Assembly: GCF_003367075.2 (NCBI RefSeq)
Contig: NZ_CP065936.1
Location: forward strand, 2,190,001-2,222,000
DNA: 32,000 nt
Direction: 5' to 3'
Source of the DNA: Cylindrospermopsis raciborskii Cr2010
Lineage (GTDB): Bacteria > Cyanobacteriota > Cyanobacteriia > Cyanobacteriales > Nostocaceae
Below are positions 25,382 to 32,000 of this stretch, in pieces (within the stretch, counting starts at the first letter, position 1; each line of letters starts with the position of its first letter). A model generated the notes under the pieces. It was given only the letters and a program-made list of their open reading frames with translations, was not told the origin of the DNA and did not search any database. A program made the position numbers and the translations under genes.

Positions 25382-26302
25382 CTAATTATGATGGTTATTA
25401 GCGTAGTGAACCCTAGTACCAGCCCAAAGTAACTTCTCCCGCAGGGTCTGATAATAAGAATTATTAGCCCGCAAGATAATAAACTTAGCTCGACAGTCAG
25501 TCATACGCACATCCACACGATGACCAGGCCAAATAGAAGTGGATAACACTCCATCCATCCACAACTTTGTGCTTAAATCATAATCACCCAGAGGCCAAAC
25601 ACTGACCACGGAACCAGGTGGTAACACTAAAGGACGACTGGAAAGACTCATAGGACAAATGGGGGTAACGGTAATAGCCTCCATGCCATCGTGCATAATT
25701 GGACCATTGGCAGAAACCGTATAACCAGTAGATCCAGTGGGGGTAGAAACAATCAATCCATCCCCCACATACTGATCAACAACTTCTCCATCAATTTCCA
25801 TTTCTAGAATTGAGGTTATCATTCTATCCGCAGAAGCGGGTTTAATACAGAACTCATTTAATGCGAGGAAGTTTTCAGTTATCGGTTCCAGGTTAACCCT
25901 GGGTCCCTCATAAACAGCTGCCTGTAACATCATCCGTCTTTGTATAGCGTAGCGATCTTCTAATAGTCGATCCCAAACTCGTTCTGGTTCCTGAAACTCA
26001 TCCATAGACTCAGTTAAAAACCCCAGATGACCACCCACATTTACCCCTAAAATGGGGATACCAGCTGGAGCCAAATGTCTAGCACCAGTTAAAACCGTGC
26101 CATCTCCACCCAATACTAGAGCCAGGTCAATAGGTTGGGTAGCGGAGGCTAAAAATACGGGATAGGGGTTATCTTTAGGTCCACTTGGTCCAACCAAAAC
26201 TTGACAATGACGCTTCTCTAGTTGTTTTGCACAGAGTTCTGCCCAACGTTTACTTTGAGAGTCCCGTGCTTTGTAAGCAATGATTACCTGCTTGAGTTGC
26301 AC
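25382..26302 (-). CDS. nadK: NAD+ kinase
   Basis: 306 aa. LVLGGDGTVL, NVGGHLGFLT, VSTPTGSTGY. GTG start 6 nt downstream of the ndhE stop. Confidence 0.9.
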   Translation of the reverse strand: MQLKQVIIAYKARDSQSKRWAELCAKQLEKRHCQVLVGPSGPKDNPYPVFLASATQPIDLALVLGGDGTVLTGARHLAPAGIPILGVNVGGHLGFLTESMDEFQEPERVWDRLLEDRYAIQRRMMLQAAVYEGPRVNLEPITENFLALNEFCIKPASADRMITSILEMEIDGEVVDQYVGDGLIVSTPTGSTGYTVSANGPIMHDGMEAITVTPICPMSLSSRPLVLPPGSVVSVWPLGDYDLSTKLWMDGVLSTSIWPGHRVDVRMTDCRAKFIILRANNSYYQTLREKLLWAGTRVHYANNHHN

Positions 26303-26308
26303 GCAATG

Positions 26309-26614
26309 TTACCACTTGAGTAGGTTAAACTGCTCCATATCAACGGTATTACGGTTACGGTAAATAGTTAAAACTATTGCTAAACCTACCGCTGCTTCTG
26401 CAGCTGCTACGGTAATCACAAAAACTGTGAATACCTGGCCTTTAATTAAAGTTGAATCCAAGAAATTGGAAAATGCCATTAAATTTAGATTCACAGCATT
26501 TAACAACAATTCGATGGACATAAGTACACGAACGGCGTTACGACTGGTAATTAAGCCATAAATGCCAATACAAAATAAAGCTGCTGCAAGTAGTAAAAAG
26601 TATTGAAGTTGCAT
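26309..26614 (-). CDS. ndhE: NAD(P)H-quinone oxidoreductase subunit 4L (NdhE)
   Basis: 101 aa, three TM helices. [25 protein letters not shown]. Confidence 0.9.
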   Translation of the reverse strand: MQLQYFLLLAAALFCIGIYGLITSRNAVRVLMSIELLLNAVNLNLMAFSNFLDSTLIKGQVFTVFVITVAAAEAAVGLAIVLTIYRNRNTVDMEQFNLLKW

Positions 26615-26638
26615 GATTGAACAATTGCTGATGGAAAT

Positions 26639-27247
26639 TTATTCCTGATTACCAGTAGTAGATACCAATTCTCTGGGACGCTCTGGCAAAGTGAGGATGG
26701 TTTGTGGTAGCTCAGATGGGGTAACCTGGTCTGGTAGGTATTCCCGTCGAGCTAGAATAATTGCCCCCACCATGGCTATCAATAATAAGATTGAAGCCAG
26801 TTCAAAGGGTAGTAGGAAGTCACTAAATAGGTGTTCACCTATGACAACTACGGAATTTTGGGTTGCTGGTGGTGTGGTGGTGTTACCCCAGGGTGTTGCT
26901 AACACCATGGCACTTAAAAGGGCAAATAGTCCCAAGCTAACCACACCTGTGACTATTTTTCGTAAACCAGCGCTAGGTATGGCGGCAAAGTCTTGACGCT
27001 TGTTTACTAACATGATAGCAAACAATATGAGGACGTTAATAGCTCCTACATAAATCAACACCTGAGCTGCTGCTACAAAATCCCCATTGAGCAATAGGTA
27101 TAGTCCAGCCATGCTGATAAACACACCACCTAGCAAAAAAGCAGAATAAACGATATTAGAGAACAGCACTACACCCAATGCTGCACCAATCATCATTGCA
27201 CCCAAGATGCCAAATGAAACCGATTGTACTCCTTCGCCTAAATTCAC
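26639..27247 (-). CDS. ndhG: NAD(P)H-quinone oxidoreductase subunit 6 (NdhG)
   Basis: 202 aa, hydrophobic. VLIYVGAINVLILFAIML is typical of NdhG/NuoJ. Its position between ndhI and ndhE supports the call. Confidence 0.9.
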   Translation of the reverse strand: MNLGEGVQSVSFGILGAMMIGAALGVVLFSNIVYSAFLLGGVFISMAGLYLLLNGDFVAAAQVLIYVGAINVLILFAIMLVNKRQDFAAIPSAGLRKIVTGVVSLGLFALLSAMVLATPWGNTTTPPATQNSVVVIGEHLFSDFLLPFELASILLLIAMVGAIILARREYLPDQVTPSELPQTILTLPERPRELVSTTGNQE

Positions 27248-27279
27248 TGTTTTCGATCCTTTTGATATTTGACAAATAA

Positions 27280-27864
27280 CTACTCACGACCACTTTCCAC
27301 TAAGTCTTGTGGAAGGGAACCAGCACGAGGAGCATCAGCAGGGACTCCATGGGGTTCAGTAACTCCCTTGGGTAGATAAACTAGTTCCCGCAGCGGTGTC
27401 ACCATGGGGTCATTGGTGACTTTGTATGGTAACCTTCCAAGCGCAACACTATCATAGTTGAGTTCATGGCGATCGTAGGTGGCTAATTCATATTCTTCTG
27501 TCATGGATAAACAATTGGTAGGACAGTATTCTACACAATTACCACAGAAAATACAAACTCCAAAGTCTATACTGTAGTGTTTAAGCTTTTTCTTCTTGGT
27601 AGCTTTGTCCATTTCCCAATCCACCACCGGTAGGTTAATGGGACAAACCCTGACACAAACCTCACAGGCGATGCATTTATCAAATTCATAGTGAATTCTA
27701 CCGCGAAACCGCTCACCAGGAATCAATTTTTCATAAGGGTATTGTACGGTAACAGGACGCCGTTGCATGTGATCAAAGGTTACTGCTAAACCTTGTCCGA
27801 TATAACGGGCCGATTGTACTGCTTCTTTGGCGTAATCACCAACTTGTTTGAGGAACTTTAGCAT
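27280..27864 (-). CDS. ndhI: NAD(P)H-quinone oxidoreductase subunit I (NdhI)
   Basis: Two 4Fe-4S motifs, [12 protein letters not shown] and [12 protein letters not shown]. Confidence 0.95.
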   Translation of the reverse strand: MLKFLKQVGDYAKEAVQSARYIGQGLAVTFDHMQRRPVTVQYPYEKLIPGERFRGRIHYEFDKCIACEVCVRVCPINLPVVDWEMDKATKKKKLKHYSIDFGVCIFCGNCVEYCPTNCLSMTEEYELATYDRHELNYDSVALGRLPYKVTNDPMVTPLRELVYLPKGVTEPHGVPADAPRAGSLPQDLVESGRE

Positions 27865-27919
27865 GGTTTATCTCTTCTGTAGTCCTTTAATGATGATTGG
27901 CGTTCAGGAATTATTGCTC

Positions 27920-29038
27920 TTAACCACCGAAAACACTGGGAAAGGCTAATTTAAGAGCTGCGGTTAACAGCAGGTTGACTAATCCAATTGGCAGTAGAAA
28001 TTTCCACCCCAAATCTAATAACTGGTCAATTCTTACCCTGGGCACTGTCCAGCGAATTAAAATGGCTAGGAATACCAAAAAGTAAGCCTTTAACACCGTC
28101 ATGGTAATACCTAAAGCCGCTGTGATGACTTGTAAAATCGAGCTGGTTTCACTCAGTCCTAACCATTGACCTAGGAGGCTAACTGGTATGGGTAAATGCC
28201 AACCTCCCAAGTATAAAATTGCTACTAGTAGGGCGGAGAGGATGAGGTTAATGTAGGAACCTAGGTAAAATAAACCGAATTTCATTCCCGCATATTCGGT
28301 TTGATATCCAGCTACTAGTTCTTCTTCTGCTTCTGGTAGGTCAAAGGGTAAACGTTCGCACTCCGCCAAAGCTGCAATCCAGAAGATGATAAAACCCAGT
28401 GGTTGTCTCCAAACGTTCCAACCTAAAATCCCCAGGTGAGATTGTTGGTTGACTATATCAATTGTGCTTAAGCTATTGGACATCATGACTATGGCCAAAA
28501 CGCTCAATGCTAGGGGTATTTCATAACTGATGGATTGTGCTGCTGCTCTAAGTCCCCCCAACAAGGAGTATTTGTTATTAGATGCGTAACCAGCCATTAG
28601 TAACCCTATGGGCTGAATACTTGATAGGGCAATCCATAAAAACACACCTAGACCAACATTAGTGATGACGATATTTTCCCCAAACGGTACTATCAAAAAT
28701 GACAAAAATACCGGGATTACGACAATAATCGGTCCTAAAGTGAATAACCAGGCATCTGCTTTCGCTGGTACTATGTCTTCTTTAAATATCAGTTTTAGAC
28801 CATCGGCTACAGGTACTAGCAAACCAAATGGACCTTGATATTCTGGACCAATTCTTTGCTGTACAGCAGCGGATATCTTCCGCTCTAGCCAAGTAGCAAC
28901 TAATACGCCTACTGTGGCCCCAATCAACATTAAGATCATCGGCAATGGCATCCAAATAGCTTTGGCTACCCCGGCTGGGATTCCTAAATCCTTCACCGAT
29001 TGAATAAAAGTTCCTTGGAGGTCTATTCCTGCATTCAT
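27920..29038 (-). CDS. ndhA: NAD(P)H-quinone oxidoreductase subunit 1 (NdhA)
   Basis: 372 aa polytopic protein. [24 protein letters not shown] and [25 protein letters not shown]. Confidence 0.95.
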   Translation of the reverse strand: MNAGIDLQGTFIQSVKDLGIPAGVAKAIWMPLPMILMLIGATVGVLVATWLERKISAAVQQRIGPEYQGPFGLLVPVADGLKLIFKEDIVPAKADAWLFTLGPIIVVIPVFLSFLIVPFGENIVITNVGLGVFLWIALSSIQPIGLLMAGYASNNKYSLLGGLRAAAQSISYEIPLALSVLAIVMMSNSLSTIDIVNQQSHLGILGWNVWRQPLGFIIFWIAALAECERLPFDLPEAEEELVAGYQTEYAGMKFGLFYLGSYINLILSALLVAILYLGGWHLPIPVSLLGQWLGLSETSSILQVITAALGITMTVLKAYFLVFLAILIRWTVPRVRIDQLLDLGWKFLLPIGLVNLLLTAALKLAFPSVFGG

Positions 29039-29281
29039 TTTTGCTACTCTTTGTAGTCGTCAACTCGTCGTAAATCTACGAATATTAGGTAAATTAATAA
29101 AGGTAAATTTACTGGTATATCATCTCAACTGAGATGGTGGCTAATGGCAGACTTGTTGCCAATTACTGAGTCTAGTATATCTTTAGATGGGTTTCGTCAA
29201 TTGATCCCAGATAACAACTTCTACTTATGATTGAGATTGGTTCCAAGGGGGGAACAAGGTTTGATTTCCCCCCCCTCACCA

Positions 29282-30418
29282 TCAACGCTGATCTATAGCA
29301 GTGTAAGCTATTCCATGTAGACCGTTATAAACCTGGGTGGGACGGAAAATGCGATTTTCTTCTAGTTGTTCTTTCCAGTGGGCTAACCAACCAGCAACAC
29401 GAGCGATCGCAAATACGGGCGTAAATAAGTCTGTCGGAATGCCCATCTTTCTGTACACTAAACCGGAATAGAAGTCAACGTTAGGATATATTCCCTTATT
29501 GCCAACTTTCTCGGTCATGATTCTTTCTACTTCTTGAGCAATAGCATAATATTTGTCAGATCCAAACTTATCGAATAGTTGTAGAGCCAAATCTTGTAGA
29601 ATTGTGGCTCTGGGGTCTTTAACTTTGTAGACACGATGTCCGAACCCCATAATTTTGGCTTTTTTTTGCAGACGGTCTTCTAAATAGGGCGCAACATTAT
29701 CTACAGAGCCAATTTCTTCTAACATCTGTATAACTTCTTCATTAGCACCCCCATGTAATGGTCCACCCAAAGTACCCACCGCACTAGCTACAACAGCATA
29801 GGGATCAGTTAGTGTGGAAGCTGTGACTCGTGCACTAAAAGTAGACGCGTTCATGGTATGCTCAACATGAAGAATTAAGCAAATATCGAAAATTCTTGCC
29901 GCTAAGGGATCAGGCTCTTTTTCATTGAGCATGTACAAGAAGTTGGCAGCATAATTTAGATCATCTCTGGGTTTAACTGGATCATTTCCCTTGCGCATTA
30001 GTTGAAATGCCGCTACCATGGTAGGGATTGTGGCTATTAACCGCACTACTGCATCCCGGATGTATACCGGATTATGGAGATCTCGACGAGAGTAGAATAA
30101 TCCTAATGCTGCTGCTGAAGCTTGTAAAGCATCCATTGGATGTCCGCTTTCAGGAAAGCATTTCATCATATCTCGAATACGGTATTTTATCCGTCTATGG
30201 CTGGCAATCTCCTTTTCAAAGTCTACTAGTTCCTCCTTAGTGGGTAGTTTTCCCCAGATGAGGAGATAGGCAGTTTCTAAGAAGGTACTTTTACCTGCCA
30301 GTTCCTCAATTCTAATGCCACGATACTCTAAAACTCCCTTTTGCCCGTCTACATAGCTAATACTAGACTGGGCTGCAGGAATTCCTTCTAAACCTGGCTT
30401 ATACTCGCACACCGTCAT
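29282..30418 (-). CDS. gltA: Citrate synthase
   Basis: GPLHGGANE, GFGHRVYKVKDPR and NVDFYSG motifs. ATG 30418 (MTVCEYKPGLEGI) is preferred over the track's 30454. Confidence 0.9.
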   Translation of the reverse strand: MTVCEYKPGLEGIPAAQSSISYVDGQKGVLEYRGIRIEELAGKSTFLETAYLLIWGKLPTKEELVDFEKEIASHRRIKYRIRDMMKCFPESGHPMDALQASAAALGLFYSRRDLHNPVYIRDAVVRLIATIPTMVAAFQLMRKGNDPVKPRDDLNYAANFLYMLNEKEPDPLAARIFDICLILHVEHTMNASTFSARVTASTLTDPYAVVASAVGTLGGPLHGGANEEVIQMLEEIGSVDNVAPYLEDRLQKKAKIMGFGHRVYKVKDPRATILQDLALQLFDKFGSDKYYAIAQEVERIMTEKVGNKGIYPNVDFYSGLVYRKMGIPTDLFTPVFAIARVAGWLAHWKEQLEENRIFRPTQVYNGLHGIAYTAIDQR

Positions 30419-30533
30419 GGCTACACCATTTACCTTATGAAATATCAGCAACAAGCTAACTTACCAGGGATCCCCCTCACAGTTAATAGTTGTTGATTTA
30501 ACAACCATTGTATGCGAAAGCTCAAAAAAACTG

Positions 30534-31040
30534 TTATAGCAGGTATCTTGGGGGTGTCAACCAAAACATTTGACCATGACCCACTATAGAGCCATTATCT
30601 GGCACTTCTATTCCTATCATACCTGCTTTTTTGAGGATGAGTTTTTCTTTTGCTTCTCCCCAAACAAGAATTTCTGCCCAACTGCTTAAACAGGGTTCAT
30701 GTCCCACTAATGCTAAATGAGTTTGCTGATCATATTTTTGATCATGTCTTCTCGGTTCTAACCATTCTTGTATCCAATTGTGAACATTCCCTTCCCAGCT
30801 CAAATGTAATGAAGTTTCTAATTGGGAACCCAGTCCAGCTTGCATAAGTATTTCCGCTGTTTGTCTGGCGCGAACTAAAGGACTAGTTAAGATTAAATCG
30901 AATTTAAATTTGAGTTGGATTAGTCTTTGGGCAATTTTTTCCATCTTCTTTTTCCCTTCTATAGTAAGCGATCGCTCTTCGTCTTTAATATCTAATTGAT
31001 GTTCCTGAGCAATACCATGACGGATTAGGTATAAGTACAT
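30534..31040 (-). CDS. sixA: Phosphohistidine phosphatase SixA
   Basis: 168 aa. LYLIRHGIA......RSLT.EG....SPLVRARQTAEIL (histidine-phosphatase RHG motif, SixA size). Confidence 0.8.
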   Translation of the reverse strand: MYLYLIRHGIAQEHQLDIKDEERSLTIEGKKKMEKIAQRLIQLKFKFDLILTSPLVRARQTAEILMQAGLGSQLETSLHLSWEGNVHNWIQEWLEPRRHDQKYDQQTHLALVGHEPCLSSWAEILVWGEAKEKLILKKAGMIGIEVPDNGSIVGHGQMFWLTPPRYLL

Positions 31041-31125
31041 GTGTTAATAAGGTGCTTAGTGGTTATTAGTTTACTGGTATTGGTATTATGATTTAGAGAC
31101 CTTGGATTATCAATCATCAAAATTC

Positions 31126-32000
31126 ATGACCGTGATTATTGCTGGAGAGCGGAGTGGGGTGGGTAAAACTACTGTAACACTCTCACTTTTATCATCCCTG
31201 TGTCGTCAGGGAGTTAGTGTTCAATCTTTTAAGGTTGGTCCGGATTATATTGATCCTATGTTTCATCAATATGTAACCAATCAACCCTGTCGTAATTTAG
31301 ATGCGGTTTTGACCTCTGAGGGGTATATTCAAAAATGCTTTAAACTTCACAGCGAAAAATCTGAATATGCTTTGATTGAAGGAGTAATGGGTTTATTCGA
31401 CGGCGTAGGTGCTTCGTCACTAATTATTGATAATAACAGTGATAGGATTAATTACCCGGTGGATTTTGCCAGTACCGCTCATGTGGCTAGATTATTAGAT
31501 ATTCCCGTCATATTAGTGATTGACTGTGGTCGTCTCTCTGGTTCTGTAGCTGCTATTGCTCATGGTTACTGTCATTTAGATCCCAGAATAAAAATTGCTG
31601 GATTGGTATTGAATAGGGTGGGGAGCGATCGCCATTTATCTTTATTAAAAAGTTCCCTAAAAAATCTTGGTTTACCTATTGTTGGTGTACTAAAAAGGGA
31701 AGATAATATAAGCATTCCTGATCGTCATTTGGGTTTAGTGCCCACAGGAGAATTAACCGCCCTAGACAGGGTGATTGACCAGTTGGCAAAGTTAGGAGAT
31801 AATTGTTTTGATTGGGAATTATTATTACCACTGTTGCGAGTGAATCAGCTCAAGGAACCTAAATTAGCCAATCTAGGTAATTTAAATGAAGCGAATGGTA
31901 ATCTTCAAGAATTAGATGATAAAATTAGAATTGCCGTAGCCTGGGATAAAGCCTTTAACTTCTATTATCAAGACAACCTAGACCTATTGCAGGAACTGGG
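31126..32000 (+). CDS. cobB: Cobyrinate a,c-diamide synthase (CobB/CbiA), N-terminal ~291 codons (continues past window end)
   Basis: Absent from the ORF track because it is open-ended. My translation from ATG 31126 reads MTVIIAGERSGVGKTTVTLSLLSSLCRQGVSVQSFKVGPDYIDPMFHQYV...NLD, the CbiA/CobB N-terminal ATPase signature. Confidence 0.85.
   Translation, partial: MTVIIAGERSGVGKTTVTLSLLSSLCRQGVSVQSFKVGPDYIDPMFHQYVTNQPCRNLDAVLTSEGYIQKCFKLHSEKSEYALIEGVMGLFDGVGASSLIIDNNSDRINYPVDFASTAHVARLLDIPVILVIDCGRLSGSVAAIAHGYCHLDPRIKIAGLVLNRVGSDRHLSLLKSSLKNLGLPIVGVLKREDNISIPDRHLGLVPTGELTALDRVIDQLAKLGDNCFDWELLLPLLRVNQLKEPKLANLGNLNEANGNLQELDDKIRIAVAWDKAFNFYYQDNLDLLQEL

Noticed and set aside
29087-29170. Short direct repeat AGGTAAATT x2 (29087/29101), palindrome CATCTCAacTGAGATG (~29121-29136) and TGGCA-N7-TGCCA (~29145-29161) upstream of ndhA, considered as regulator binding sites
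   Set aside because: They are real in the sequence, but I cannot tie them to any known operator consensus (not NtcA, not an NdhR-type site). They are too short to separate from chance without comparative data.
26691-30847. Plus-strand ORFs inside ndhG (26691-26996), gltA (30028-30240) and sixA (30650-30847), and the out-of-frame minus-strand ORF over the ndhA start (28782-29063)
   Set aside because: All overlap strongly supported genes (three antisense, one same-strand but out of frame) and have no motifs. They are typical shadow ORFs.
31041-31125. Possible cobalamin riboswitch upstream of cobB
   Set aside because: Only 85 nt separate the divergent sixA and cobB starts, which is too short for a B12 aptamer, and no B12-box-like (GCCACTG) element is present.
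1-32000. Search for CRISPR arrays, tRNA/rRNA genes, transposases, integrases or prophage genes
   Set aside because: No regularly spaced direct repeats, no tRNA-like cloverleaf sequences in the intergenic gaps, and no recombinase-like ORFs were seen. The only repeats are HIP1 octamers and one palindromic short repeat.

Overview
This is a chromosomal segment from a cyanobacterium, probably a filamentous Nostocales-type strain. The clues are 17 copies of the HIP1 octamer GCGATCGC (counted by eye), ndhA-I-G-E, psb28, pxcA, ycf35, a plmA-like GntR regulator, a perfect NtcA box, and a hairpin repeat whose spurious translation reads VGWVEERNP. I support 36 protein-coding genes, two of them open at the window edges and absent from the ORF track. 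I found no rRNA, tRNA, CRISPR array, transposase or integrase. Most genes are housekeeping: msrA, dprA, trmJ-like, avtA, rimM, an S1 paralogue, nadK, NDH-1 subunits, gltA, sixA and cobB.

The stand-out locus is 13.83-18.76 kb. It starts with a canonical NtcA-type promoter, followed by a clear guanidine-I (ykkC) riboswitch whose 3' conserved block doubles as the 5' arm of an intrinsic terminator. Next come an arginase-family hydrolase and HypA-like and HypB-like nickel chaperones, which is the Ni-dependent guanidine hydrolase GdmH/GhaA/GhaB arrangement. A NitT/TauT-type ABC binding protein and permease follow. The expected ATPase gene is missing and is replaced by 480 bp of decayed non-coding DNA carrying a palindromic repeat. 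This locus sits inside a 7.9 kb stretch with no HIP1 sites.

The second locus of interest is 0.8-6.5 kb. It holds a degenerate SF1 (UvrD/AddB-like) P-loop protein, msrA, and an XPB-type SF2 helicase whose end overlaps a DUF790/Bax1-type nuclease gene by 14 nt.

Other items worth a look are an orphan AT-rich zinc-ribbon plus DUF4145 gene, and a DUF2997-Ycf35(DUF1257)-ferredoxin trio behind a 390-nt leader, with a selected tandem peptide motif in the ferredoxin. There is also an MscS-family channel with a large insertion in its cytoplasmic domain.

All calls rest on my reading of the translations and nucleotide motifs. No searches were run.
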